From: Podarcis gaigeae
Taxonomy: Eukaryota
Assembly (NCBI GenBank): GCA_964106915.2
Contig: OZ066916.1
Direction: 5' to 3' (one strand)
DNA length: 64,000 bases
Position numbers and translations under genes: made by a program. Below are positions 1-13,250 of the stretch, piece by piece. Numbering within the stretch: the stretch's first letter is position 1; each line of letters starts with the position of its first letter. Below the pieces are notes generated by a model. The model searched no databases, was not told where the DNA came from, and saw only the letters and a list, made by a program, of their open reading frames with translations.

Positions 1-2719
1 CATTATTTGGTCCTGTTCTGACAGCAATCTCAAGGTGGATTCAAATTTTACGTTATGAAGGACTGCAGATGATGTAAGACTTGGGTAACATTCTGAATCT
101 CTGCTAATAACGTCCTAAGCACAGACACATACATCTCCACTGATGGTGAAATTTATGTCCCCAAGATGTCTTAGTAAAACACAGATCTTAACATGAGTGA
201 GCTTTATGGTGGTTTTCACCTTTTTGATCATGTAATGTGGCAACATATTGAGGCTGGAGGAACTAATTTACTCCAAGGAAAACCAAATAATTTTTTGCCT
301 TTTCAACAATTAATGTTTTTCTGGCTCTTGGCTGTGTTGGTTTGTCTGTTATTCTTTTTCGAAAGCAAGTGAAGTCCACAATACGGGTGACTGTATTTCC
401 AGTGTACTGTGACTAGTGCCTTATATAACAATAACATCGCTTCCAAAGCTTTGGTTCTCATTGTTTACCCTACCAATGCAATCTAACATCTGATTTACTT
501 TCAGCATCGCAGCTGTATTTTAATCCAAGTGCTTTAGGGAGTTTTCTACAAACAAATCCCAAATCTCTCTCCCATTTAATAATCCCTATTCCACTCTGGC
601 AAATACCACCCCCCTCCATGTGTGCTGATTAGTGAAGTATCTGGGTGTAAATAATGGTTTATTCTGTTTCAGTCTCTTCATCGTTTCTACCGATTCATTT
701 GCAGCCATGCCACGGGCCATTGTCTACAGCATCACAATTCCTTACAAGTGACTGAATTATGATGTCACAAACAACTGTGGTATCTCCGAGACATGCAGTC
801 CTGAAGGAAAGAAAAAAAGAACGCGAAAAATGAATGATGTCCCTTTGTTTCGGTTCATGTACTTATTACCAAGGACTATCCTAAATAGAAGTTTTGGGGT
901 TATAGATTTTCACAACAGAAAAATGAGATATTCAGGATGACTATATAAATCTTTGATATGACCATATCAGTATCTGTTATGACTGTCATTATACAGAAGA
1001 ACAAACAAAAGGTTGTTGATACATAGCTTGAGTAAAGAAGCTTTACACTGTGCCGGACAGTTGGTTCACTTGCCCTCTGTTCTTCTTCAGTAACTTAGAT
1101 CTTTCTCAGCCCTGCAACTTAAGATCACCACCCTGCCCCCTTTTGTAAATGGAAGGTGCCAGGGACTGGACCTGAGTCTTCTATGTGCAAAACTTGTGCT
1201 CTCTACCACTGAGCCATGCTATATGTAAACATTAAGCAGCATAAATATGCTGAAGTAGGAGGACTAAACTTGAAGTGTGTCTAATCCACTGTGAATTTTC
1301 CTCTGCTTCCCTGGCTCCTGCCCCCCAAAGCAGATAAAGAGCTAATGGACATTATCAGAGCACATACTTAGGCTGCTGAAGACTTGGGAGACACAAAGCT
1401 AGAGAACAGTAGGCTTTGGCCAAGTTTCCTGGTGCCTACTCCCCAAACTTAGTGGTTACAGAGCACTGTCAGAGCAACTCCTCAGGCTCAGTGCTATGGA
1501 GGAGTGAGTGGTGTCCATGTTTGTGGGTGGGTGGTACAGTAGAGGAATGGAGCTTTTAGAAAGCTTCTGTGGCTTTTTTGATAGCTCCCACTTTGTCATC
1601 ATTCGCCCACATAAGCACTGAGGATACATCACAGAGCCCTTTGTCTTCATGCTAAAACACCAGGAAGCGGAGCCCTGATCAGAACAAAGTGTGGGGACAC
1701 GATGTGGACTGTACATGCTATTTGTGGTACCATTTGGATACAAAGCACACACACAAATTCAGCTGGTGCACACATAGCCTAAGAATACAAATGGCTTTTA
1801 GGAAGCCTAAAACATCAATGACAACATGTGGAGCAGAAATTAAGAACCAGGGAAAAAAATTCAGAGCTGTAAACCAATTCCCTTCCATAGTCAGTTGGAA
1901 ATTATACAGCCTTCAGTACTGGCTTAAAGAAAGCAGCTGCTGGCAACAGCGTGCTGCTTCTTTTCCCATTACCAGGGCTCTTACAGTTCTCCCAGATCAA
2001 TAGAACCGCTATGTATCTTAATAAATCTGAGTAACACAGCCACTCTCATAAAGTTGACCTCCATCTTGCATTTCTGCAAGCATGCTGAACTGAAAAAGTA
2101 TGGAGGATTTCCCCCTTTTTTTTGGGGGGGGGGGGAATCTGAAACAGTGAGATTAAGCTATTTGAGGCCATGGGTGAAATAAGCCAGAAAAGGCGGCTAC
2201 ATGTTTAGATACAGGTTTTCCATGGATCCTCCTAAGCCTGAGAACATGTTTTGTTTTCATAGCTTATCATCTCTCTCACTTTACAGTTTGAAAGGCTTTG
2301 AAGTATGATTAACATCCTTTGGAAAAAACTGCTTGGTATCCCAGTCCTAAAGACATGCACAGCTCCAATGACACAAAAATGGCCAAACCTGAGGCCGTGA
2401 GCCACACTGAGTTACTTGTCTCAGGCAGTAGTTTGAGAGGGGCAGTGGAATGCATGTCTCCCCCACCTAAGCCCTACCCCCCCGCCTGCCAGGATGAGTC
2501 CACCCCCTTGCCAGCCACTACCATGCCACTGTGGTTAAGCCTGCAGTTGGCTTTCTTGCAGTGCCTGCAGCAAGTAGCGACTTGTGGCATTGTGTGGTGC
2601 AGTGACAACAGTTTCTGTCTCGTCTCAGATGGCAAAATGTCTTGGGGTCCACCCTGGCCAAACCCATCTGGCCATGCTGTCATTTTCATTTGCACTATTG
2701 AAAGCTGTTTCATGCTACT

Positions 2720-2950
2720 TTAAACAGTCATGGCTTTCCTCTAAGAATCCTGGGGACTGCAGTTTTTTTATGGGTACTGAGAGTTGTTAGTAGACACTGC
2801 ACTTCCCAGACAGATTTAACAATCAATCCCTGTTCCCAGGGAACTTGGGGAATCATAGCGCTGTGAGAGGACTAGGGTTCTCCTAAATATCTCAGCACCC
2901 TTAACAAACTATAGTTCCCAGGACACTTTGGGGAAGCCAGGACTGACTAA
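2720..2950. mobile_element. Old palindromic MITE-like repeat, interrupted at its right end by a Sauria SINE
   Basis: Degenerate inverted arms of about 65 bp (cagtcatggctttcc...gggtactgagag versus ctcagcaccc...gggaagccaggactg). Confidence 0.55.
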
Positions 2951-3337
2951 GTGGCATGGCGCTGTGGTCTAAACCACTGAGCCTCTTGGGGTTGCTGATC
3001 AGAATGGTAGCAGTTCAAAACTATGCAACGGGGTGAGCTCTTGTTGCTCTGTCCCAGCTCCTGCCAACCTAACAGTTTGAAAGCACGTTTGTGCAAGTAG
3101 ATAAATAGGTACTGCTGTCGTGGGAAGGTAAACAGCATTTCCGTGTGCTCTGGTTTCCATCACAGTGTTCTGTTGCACCATAAGCGGTTTAGTCCTGCTG
3201 GCCACATGACCCGAAAAGCTGTCTGCGGACAAATGCCAGCTCCCTCAGCCTGAAAAGCAAGATGAGCGCCGCACCCCATAGTAGCCTTTGACTGGACTTA
3301 ACCATCCAGGGGTACTTTACTTTTACCTTTTTTTTAC
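2951..3337 (+). mobile_element. Sauria (Squam1) SINE, older subfamily A
   Basis: tRNA-like head GGCGCTGTGGTCTAAACC, core GTGCAAGTAGATAAATAGGTAC and an (ACCTTT)n-like tail; CpG-decayed. Confidence 0.9.
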
Positions 3338-3564
3338 TGCCTTAAATGTATAATGCAGATGCAGCATCAGTTTCATTATGATAGGTCACTCCTACAGGTG
3401 GAAATTTATTTGACACCAACATGGGATGGCACAAACATAAGCTTATTTTCGCTGAAGAAGTCTATATGGAAAACCTATGTTTTAGCAAGCTTTTTGTTTC
3501 TCTAGGGCTTATTACACCTATAAGCCCTCAAGCATCCTGCCTGCTGATGTGACTTAGCTCCCTC

Positions 3565-3627
3565 CTTTTCTTTTCTTTTCTTTTCTTTTCTTTTCTTTTC
3601 TTTTCTTTTCTTTTCTTTTCTTTTCTT
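3565..3627. repeat. (TTTTC)n microsatellite, about 12 units
   Basis: Direct reading. Confidence 0.97.
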
Positions 3628-6477
3628 GCCTTGTAAGTGAAGAGCTGAACTCTAGCTCTTTATTTAATCTTATTTACACCTAGGGAAGGCTCAAACATTT
3701 TTTTAATAACTCTGCCCCCTCTTTGAGAACCCCTGCATAAAAGTAAATATGCAACACACTGAGATGAAGAGAGGACTGAAGTGAGAGCGGCCACATCAAA
3801 TGTTTTCCATCATCGTTGACTTTGTTTCTTGAGCCTATCACAAGAAGCAGATTTTAACCAGAGCACCCCTTGAAAACTGGACACTTTTGCTGCTCAGACT
3901 CCTCTGTATAATGAATGTTATTGGAAGTGTCAGCTACGAGAATACATCGTGCAGTTAATTACTGTATTCATTGACCTTTTGACTTCTCTTAGAAGAATAC
4001 AGATCAAACTGTAAGTTAAATGAGCTGGGATGAACTTTAAAGGGATATCTTTCTTTCAGCAGCATCCATGTTGCACTGCAGAAGTATCACATATTGTTTG
4101 AATAAGAATCTCTTCTTTTTTCCTCTGCCTCTCCCCCACTCCCCAAATCAAGCAATCTTTTTCAGATGAAGCTCAAGGCTGAAAAGGCATGAAAGGCAAA
4201 TTACTCCTTTCATCCACCAGAGGATGGTCTCTGTAGATCAAAATATCAGCCGAGCACCGTGGTGGAATTCTATAGTTGCCAAAGATTACATTATGCATGG
4301 GCTGTAAATTAATGGACTTTGGTTTTAAATACTCACTCGCTTATCATTCACAGAAAATTAAACTCACTCCAAGAAGGAGAGAGGCATACGAGATACGTTC
4401 TTTCTTCTGCCTGAGAATATTTGACAGCTCCACTGATTTAATGACACCCGGCCTGTCATTTCCCATAACTACTGTCACTGCCGCAGCTGCTGCTATCACC
4501 TGCATCTTACATAATGCACTGATCACACTGTTAATGAAACCATATGCATGCACTAGGCTTCAGGTGACACATCACTACATGGGAAGATTTCCAGTTCCTT
4601 CACTCCTGGGATCCTGTCACCTAGACATGCCTTTAGCTTCTCAAAATCAATAGAATTATAGCCGTATTATTTATTTATTTTTTGAATAGCTAATAAGAGT
4701 GGCCTTCATGGATCAGACCAAACCAAAGACCTATCTAGTTCAGCTGCCTATTTCCTACCGTGGCCAAGCAGATATGAAACTGCTGGCACATTTGCATAGT
4801 TGTTCCCCAGCAACTGATTTTCAGATAAGTTGCTTCTGATCCTGGACCACGAAGCAGCTTTACTTGAGGCTGGTGGTTGCACATTGCCAAGACATTTATG
4901 GGGTGGGAGGAATCCTGATGTTGATTTGGGACAAATGCTGCGTGGGTACATGATTGCTTCCCACCTGCACAACCAGCACATTTGTAAACAGACAACACAA
5001 AAACACCACAAGTTTTCATTATTCTATCTCCTCTTTTTTGATACTCACAACAAAACTTCAGGACTCTCTTCTGAAACAGATGAATGTTACCCTGTCTGAG
5101 GGCCGATCTTTTGTTCTAGTGTCTCTCACCAAGGACTCCAAGTAAGCTTGCCAACCCAGGTTTAAGCTGTTACTGGCTTATGTTGGTGCTGTTATATTTG
5201 CTGCTTTTTTTTTTTTTTTGAATATGGATTTCTCTCATGTTTTTGTGCTGCTTTAACTGATTTTTTTTATTGTTAACTGAATTTCATTGTTTTTATTATT
5301 GTATGTAAATAAGCAAACGTCTGCCCTGGAAATGGCTACCACTTGGTAAACTGAGAAGCATTCACCGGTATTTGTTAGCCTAGCTTGCATTTCCTGAGTA
5401 GAGGGGGGGGGGGGGCTGTCAAAAACAAAGCTGCATGGGTGGCAACTATAACAGTTAAGAAAATGAAACTGCAAGAGATTGGCAAATAATATCACCTGGC
5501 TCTGCAGCGCTATGGGTGGCATTACAATCTATCCAAGTTCTTGCAATAGCCCCAAAATGAAAACAAAGCCCTGCCTGAATCCCACTGTACAAAATGTTCT
5601 TTTATCAATGTTCTTTTATAAAGAAGAGTTTCACATCCTCACCTCAGGCCAGTTTGCAAAGCTTACTAAGTTTACTGCTGGCATGTATTTTCATTTTCTT
5701 TTATGAGCCACAACAGAGAGAGAGAAAAAGAAGAAGATGAGCCCTGCTAAAATCTGATGTCCATGTGCATCACCCTATCCTCTAGTGGCCCAGCATATAA
5801 CACTCCATTCAATATAGTTGTAGTATTACCATAAATAGAGGATGACAAATATTTGGAGTAAAACTATCTAACATGAAAGCCCAATATGTACATATATTAT
5901 TTCACTTTTGCAAAAATCGGCCTGAGCACACAAAGGAGCACTGCATCTCACCCAACAAACAGATTCTTTCCTTCATCTGACATGTTCTTATCTCCCAGCA
6001 CCCCCAATTTGATTTCCGCCTCCCCAATAAGCAATTCTTTATGCACATAAAGAACACACACACACACAGCGGAGTACCTGTAACTGCATAACTTTTAAGT
6101 CAAGACACTCCTGAAACCAGATTAGGAGCCACAGTCAATTTGTTCTCCAGGTATGAATTAAAAATTCATTAGCACAGCACTGATTAATGCTTCCCCCCAG
6201 CTATTTAAGACGGCATGGCTTCCCTGCAACTCTCTTCAAATTTAGCATCTTATTAAGTGAAGTCTCTGAGAGGTATCCTGTCAGCGAGAAAGTCCTTGAC
6301 ACATCAAGAGCTGTAGCATCCCAGAAAGCAGCTGACAGAACCTTGGGAACAGGAAGATTTTTAATTTACAGCTACCTTACCTTGGGTAGACTTGGTACTT
6401 CCTCTGAGAAACTGAAACAAATACTTTATTAAACTCAAGTCTTAGTCTTTGAAGCTGGATTTCATTTTGCAAGGCTT

Positions 6478-6545
6478 TGTTGTTGTTTAGTCGTTTAGTT
6501 GTTTCCGACTCTTCGTGACCCCATGGACCAGAGAACGCCAGGCAC
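6478..6545 (-). mobile_element. Bov-B/RTE LINE extreme 3' end (68 bp)
   Basis: Reverse complement GTGCCTGGCGTTCTCTGGTCCATGGGGTCACGAAGAGTCGG...(CAA)n matches the copy at 42102-42284. TSD AAGGCTT at 6471-6477 and 6546-6552. Confidence 0.88.
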
Positions 6546-6597
6546 AAGGCTTAGGAGCCATGATTAAGATAGGTCTTTAAAATTGCCTGTGTTTGAG

Positions 6598-6619
6598 TGT
6601 GTGTGTGTGTGTGTGTGTG
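6598..6619. repeat. (TG)n microsatellite
   Basis: Direct reading. Confidence 0.95.
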
Positions 6620-7073
6620 AAACCTATGGCCTTATAGATGCTTCTGGGTTACAGATCCTGATCATCCATGATTATAAAATCAACAAAAGACAGATTTTAG
6701 TTATGATCATAGCAGGCTAGACTGCTCTCTTCCTAACTTAGTCAGTTGACATTAGAGGCAAAGAGCCTCTAATACAGCCACTAGGCTGCCCATTGTTGAG
6801 TTTACTCTGTCAAGTCAAAATGTAACAGTAGCTGGGTTCAGGGTCAGGGTCAAGACTTCAGGGGGCCATTGGCATGGATCTCCCAATACCTACCTAGGCT
6901 GAGGAATTTCATTTTGGGTAAATTAAAAAGACAGGCAACCACTGTGGATGGCAGCCAAGCTTGGCTCCCTTTCAAAAGTGGCACCACTACCTGCTAAAAT
7001 GACTATCTGGGGGAATCTAGTAAGGATGGTGGTAAAAGGCACCACATTTGGGTCAGGCCAGTGAGCTAATGGG

Positions 7074-7267
7074 CAGTGGTGGAGCTGCATGCTCCAGCAC
7101 CAGGAACGGAGAACAAGTGGGCGCGTGGTCGGCACGTGTCCCAGGAGGCGTGGTGCACAGCCCGTGGGGGTGTGGCACGCATTCTGGGGGGCAGCCGCGA
7201 TGGCAACCCACCCGGGATGGTACCCAGAGCGGACCACTCTCCCCGCCTCCACCTTCCTATGCCAGTG
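7074..7267. mobile_element. hAT-type MITE (CAGTGG-ended, Tip100-like)
   Basis: Imperfect TIRs CAGTGGTGGAG / CCTATGCCAGTG; 8-bp TSD CTAATGGG / CTGATGGG (7/8); GC-rich interior. Confidence 0.7.
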
Positions 7268-7371
7268 CTGATGGGGCCTGTAGCCAGAGCCTGATTTGGA
7301 TACTACTGGCACCAGGCCTGCCTTGACTGTTGCAGTTATGCACCCTTAAATTATTTTCGCATACTAGTATG

Positions 7372-7507
7372 CAGGGATTTTTTTTCAAGCAGAACTCTCC
7401 AGAACTCAGTACTGGCACCTCTCTGGTGGGCACCATTGCCCTTATAAGAGAACAAGGGAAGCATTCATGGTGAGTTCTGAAACCTCTTTTTCTAGAAAAT
7501 AGCACTG
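7372..7507. mobile_element. Non-autonomous DNA element (hAT-like), inverted copy of the family at 21825-21962
   Basis: Ends CAGGGATTTTTT and TCTAGAAAATAGCACTG; aligns in reverse with 21825-21962. Confidence 0.65.
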
Positions 7508-7948
7508 CAACATTTAATGTGACATTTAATTCTCAGAAACTTACCTTCTGAACAACATGAAAAAATTACCCCAAAAATGGATAAATATATGTGAAAGGAT
7601 GCCACTATTTCTCTTGTTTCTTAACTGGACAGTGATCACAGGATTTAAGGGGCAGACTCTATTACAAAACTGGTGGACAATGTCCCTCTTATATGAACCT
7701 TCCAAATTTACAAACCAAGGATGGCCTCTCAACTCTAATTCTCTTCACAGCTGAAGGATGAGGCTATGCAAGTAAATTCCTATTTCTATCAAAATTACTT
7801 CTTTGGGTTGTCTCTAGCAGGCTTGCTGTATTCATCAAATGGGAGAAATTCCACTCTACTTCTTTTTCAGAGATTGTTGGAACAAAGAAGCAACAACCTT
7901 ACATTTACAGCACTGCAAACTGATCATCTCAAAAGGCCCAATCCTATA

Positions 7949-8037
7949 CAGCACAATCCTATATGTGTCTATTCGAAAACAAGTCCTACTGAGTTTGGTG
8001 GGCTTAGTCCCAGATTAATGTGTGTAGGATTGCAGCC
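7949..8037. mobile_element. Short palindromic MITE-like repeat (related copies near 11538-11625 and 58968-59040)
   Basis: Inverted ends CAATCCTA...TAGGATTG; similar sequences elsewhere in the window. Confidence 0.55.
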
Positions 8038-10876
8038 TCAGAAGCTGCTCTGTGGACTGGAATCTTTTTATTTTCTGTGAAAAGAAGGTCAGTCTCTTAT
8101 CCCAATTCTTTGCCTGCAAAGAATTCCCATTCTCTCATTTCAATGCCACAAATCCTTGCTGATTCTAATATGATTTTTGTGGGCAGATATTGCTGTTGGT
8201 ATAAAACAGACTTGAAAGCAAAAAGGTAAGTCAGAATTCCGGTGATTCACTATCATCTGAATGCTTGTATACATCAGTTTGTTTCTAAACAGTCATTATC
8301 TTCAGTTTCCGTCTCTATCAGAACAAATCCTTGATCCACTTAACAGAAACCATATTTGTATCTTCTTAGAGACATGAACCAACATTACCCATCAGTAACA
8401 CAGCTGATGGTGAACAATAAAAGATGTAGGATGAATAAAGCAGAAATAATTTGAGAATGGATTGCCTTGGGCATAAATGCCAAATGTAGTTCTGTTGGGA
8501 TAACATTTTAGTTTGTGAAATTCTCCTAGGGTCAGATTTTGACACAAAGGGATCTCTCTTCATGAGAGAAGGAACTACTAATGAGCACTGGTTCATTCTG
8601 GGTGACCTAACTTTCAACAAAAAAGAGAGAAAATGCTCTTTGGGATTTATTTATCACAAGTATGGGGAAATGACAGAGGATCATGAGACAATGGTTTTGG
8701 TTGACTGAAAACAATATAGATACCCTGCTGAGTACAGTAAAGGGACAAAACAAAATAAACACCTCCTAGTGTTGCAGGACCCAACAGATGACTGTCTTTA
8801 GGGCCAGGTTAGGATGCTGTCCATGTGCTGACTCAGCTGGTGTTTTTAGTTGCCCAGCACTGTTCCTGTGCAATGGAGGTCAATTTCAAAAATGGCAGAA
8901 TGGAAGGAAGGGAAAAGTGGTAGCATGAGTCACTCAGATGAGTGAGCAAGTCTAGCTAGTCTAGGTGCGTTCATCATTGTAAGCCAAGAGCAAACCTTGG
9001 CTACAGCTTGCAGCTAAGGAAAAGAAAGCTTAACCATGATCCTGGGTTCAGACAAAATGCTTAGCTGCTGAATGAAGCTAAAAGGATTAGGATGCAGCAA
9101 AATGGGTGTGGTCTCCTTCCCAGGAGCCCACTCATCTGCACTAAGCGATGGTTTGGTTTAGCGTTGTGTGCAAATGTGGCCTTGGTAGTCAGGGTGTGAA
9201 CAGAAGCAACTATCAGGGAGATTCATGCGAGAGTTTTGGAAGAAGCACAGTGGAAGTGAATTTGTGGCATTTTTAAAGGTTGCTTGGTTTCTTTAACTGT
9301 CTGAGATATGACTATTGCTTGGTTGGCTGTTTCATTGCTGTGTGCTCTGGTCCTAGTGGAAGGGGCTCTGACTGCTTGAGCTAGTTGGGGCTGGGGCCAG
9401 CAGCTAAGTAGCTAGGAAGCTTGTGATCCCAAATGACAATGAAGATGAATTGTGTAGTCAGGGTTTAATGGTTGTAAAATAAAAGCACATAAAGCATAAC
9501 TACTTTCTGACCTTAAGGAAGACTGGCCCCCAAGCAGACTATCAGCAATTCATAATATTTGCTGTGCAAACAAAAATCCACCCACAAAGACATGTGACCA
9601 GATTTCTACACAAAGGATATACATATAAATCAACAAGCAAACCAGATTTCTTATTTACTGACACACAGTTGGGCATCTACCCTGACATTCCTCAGCTAGG
9701 AAAGTAAGTGCATTGATCCATGGTATGTACATGTTTCCTTTGACCCATGAGGGAGCCATGGCAGATGTGTTGTGAACCTTGCTGTTAAATGTACAGGATA
9801 CCTTTGTGACTACTGTAGACAGTTTGATCTTGTGCACTTTACCCCCATCTGCAATTTGTTGTACTCAGCAATAACCTCCACTGACTGATGCCTCCATGTG
9901 CAGCACATCAAATAGTTCCACATTATTCCACAAAGTTGCACACACCATTTGCAATATCCCCGTACATTTGTTAGATCTGGACCATTTCATTTGCCACTTC
10001 TTTTGCAATCCCATCTTGCATAATTGTATGATTTTCAGGGACACAGTCCTCAATTTTGGCATTATTTCAAATGTGCCATGCTAGCTTATTAGACATTTCA
10101 CCACTACACCATTTCATTTCCATTTTGCAGGTATCTATATATTATGACTGAGTGATTTCAGTCCTCTTGTGAGGTTTGAATCTTGTAAGGGATAGCACAG
10201 AGCTTAGGTTGGGGTGGCTATGATATGTTCTTTATAAATCAAATCAAGTAAGTGGATATAGTATTTGAATTTTTTTTTGCAGTCAGAGATATTTCCCATC
10301 AGCGTGCACTGAAGTGGGAAGAACAAACAAATTGTTATAGCCTGAGTCTGTGATTTCGCATCCCTCCACTATTAATTTCACATGAACCTGCTCATGCCTC
10401 AGTAAGCAGCAAAACAATCCATTATTCTAAAATGTGACTGTTTGGAATTTGGTTAAACTCATGAATGATGTTTTGTGATCTTTCTCATCTGACCTGAAAT
10501 TTCTTAAATTTCAGAATCCTTGAACCCAGCATAGTCCCGTCTGACTTCCGGAGTTTGTCTTTTCTCTCCTTGGAAGAATAAAATATACTGAAAGCTACTC
10601 CAACATCCCTCAATAATTTTATCTAATTTCTCTAAGAATATGAAGAGTGCTGGCAGCTGCCCTACACCCCACACTCCAAAAGCGAAATTCCACTAATAGG
10701 TTAAGTGTTGGACAGACTAATTTGCAACTGAAAAGTCATGAGGTAGAGTTGGAGTTCTCTAAGCTTTAACAAACATTACTGAAGTTTTATGTTCTCTTTA
10801 GCCATACCTAGAGATGTGTCTGGGCTGACTTAATACCACAATGTACAATTTCAGTCAACTACTTAAGTATTTCTTG

Positions 10877-11231
10877 GGTAAAAAGGTAAAGGGACCCCTG
10901 ACCATTATGTTCAGTCGTGACCGACTCTGGGGTTGCGGCGCTCATCTCGCTTTATTGGCCGAGGGAGCCAGCGTACAGCTTCCGGGTCGTGTGGCCAGCA
11001 TGACTAAGCTGCTTCTGGCAAACCAGAGAAGGGAATGGAAACGCCGTTTACCTTCTCACTGGAGCGGTACCTATTTATCTACTTGCACTGTGTTGCTTTT
11101 GAACTGCTAGGTTGGCAGGAGCAGGGACCAAGCAATGGGAGCTCACCCCATCGTGGGGATTCGAACCGCCGGACCTTCTGATCAGCAAGTCCTAGACTCT
11201 GTGATTTAACCCACAGCGCCACCTGCGCCCC
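10877..11231 (-). mobile_element. Sauria SINE, subfamily B
   Basis: Tail AAAGGTAAAGGGACCCCTGACC, core CTATTTATCTACTTGCAC and head AACCCACAGCGCCACCTGCGCCC; B-box-like GGTTCGAATCC on the minus strand. Confidence 0.92.
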
Positions 11232-12782
11232 TTACAGTAATCACAACATCCCTGAGCCTGTTCTTACAAAACATTTTGAAGTCAGATAGAAACAGCCAAA
11301 TACAGAAAGAAATGAGCTATGCATCAAATATGAAAGGTAAAGGTCATTTCCCTACCACTGTTCCAGTGCATAAACACACATCAGAAGGAATCTGATCTGG
11401 ATTAAGGAAGACCTGTTCCATGTATTCATACTTGGATACAAAGCTCATAAAAAACACCTAACTGTACTACTACTACTATACACTTATGTGCAGAAAACAT
11501 GGCAGAAGATACCTGGAGTTCATTCAGTATATGTATAGAGCAATCCTTTACACATTTACTCAAAAATTGAGTCCCACTGCATTCAATAGGGCTTTCTTTC
11601 AGGTAGGTATGAATAGGGTTGCAGCAACAGAAACAGAATGATTTTACTTGCTTTGTCTCTTATCACAAAAAATGTATTTTAATAATTATATCCCCTCAGA
11701 CTGACAGGGCACTAAAAGTATCTTTCTGGTAATCATTTCCTTTCAATACTTGGATCCTCTTATGATCACTCTGTTGTGACACAAAAAATAATAACGTTGG
11801 TTTAGCTAGTATAACCTGTTGTAGCCATCATGTTATATAGCTGCAAAATTAAACTTTTTCCCCACAGCTTGGGCCTAAAGAGATCTTATCTGACATGACT
11901 GGCTATTACAAAGAAAAAAAGGGAGAACATTTTCTTTCTTTTTTTACCATAACCTATTACAGAGATAAAAAATGGTGCAATCCAGATACAGATATATAAG
12001 TAGTTATTTTATTATGAGACTTCTTGCACGATAAGAGTTGACAAAGCAACATTTATGATGTGCACTAATAAATGGGCAGCTTTCTATTTGTAGCAGTACA
12101 TTTGTGGTGAAAACTTTATCTTCTAATATAATCTGCTGCTTTTCTAAAACTACCTTTTAATTTTGTATATATTTTAGGCAGTATTTTATTTTCTAGACTG
12201 GTCCAGAACATAGTTGCAGCTATGGACATCTTTTCAGCCAATCAGCATGTGTTATTTAATACCACAAAGTAACAGAGCAGGGCTTTCCAGTTCCTGGGAG
12301 CCAGTGGGAACATTCAGAATTTTGTGCTATGGGTGCCATAAAATGGTTGCATGGAGTGTGGCACAGCACGAACTGCTGCCATGGGATATGTGGCAAAGCA
12401 TAACATGGGTGCTATGGGTATGTGACATAACACAAAATGGCTGCTACATTTAAAAGAGCAGAATAATTAACACGCCCACAAAATGGTGCAGGCATAGCTC
12501 TCCCATCAATGGAAAAAAGCACCTACTGACCTGCTTGCGCACAGAGAGCTCTTTGCACCTCTCCTGTGTTCAGAATGGAAGGGGTGGTGAGTGTATCATT
12601 TCTGGCACCCAATGAAATTTAGCCATGGGCTGTTTTTAATGTAGATACATTGTTGTACACACTCTCCCCTAATTTGCACACATTATTTCAGTACAACACT
12701 GCATCCTAAAATTTGGAGCAGTGTGAATCTCAGTTGGCTGTGTTTTGGTTCTTTAGGACAGTGTGAATTAGGCAGGTTCACA

Positions 12783-12896
12783 TAGGGTTGCCATACGTCC
12801 AGAATTTTGGCAAAAATGTATGGCAGCCCCCCCCCCCCGAGTTTTGCTCAACTTCTTTCGTGTCTTGATTTCCACTTTTTAAATATGGTAACCCTA
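12783..12896. mobile_element. hAT (Blackjack-like) MITE, 114 bp
   Basis: TIRs TAGGGTTGCCATA / TATGGTAACCCTA; perfect 8-bp TSD GGTTCACA (12775-12782, 12897-12904). Confidence 0.85.
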
Positions 12897-13250
12897 GGTT
12901 CACATTAAAACTAAATTTGAATCTAATTTCTCCCCATCCCTAGTTATGACTGACACTGTGGAAGGATAATGCAGGGTTCCTGGCTGGATTGTTTGGTTTG
13001 GTATGCTGTTTGGATCAAGACCACCCTTTGGCCACCTGAGAATCACTAGCCTTGTGACAACCATTTGGCTTCCCTAAAGGCCTGCATATGCCAGATGTAC
13101 TCTCTGCCTGCAGCTCTGAAATAAGGTCTACGTGTCTGACAAGAAAAGGCATTTTTTAAGAGGTGCTAAGAAAGATTTCCACCAAACAACTCAAAACCCA
13201 AGATACCTTAGATGCTTAAGATACTGCTTATAGCTATTGCTTGTAAATTA

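Noticed and set aside
2105-2140. C5-T9-G13 hairpin or terminator-like motif (similar T/G runs near 20767)
   Set aside because: Homopolymer slippage products common in this sequence; intrinsic terminators are irrelevant in a vertebrate intron.
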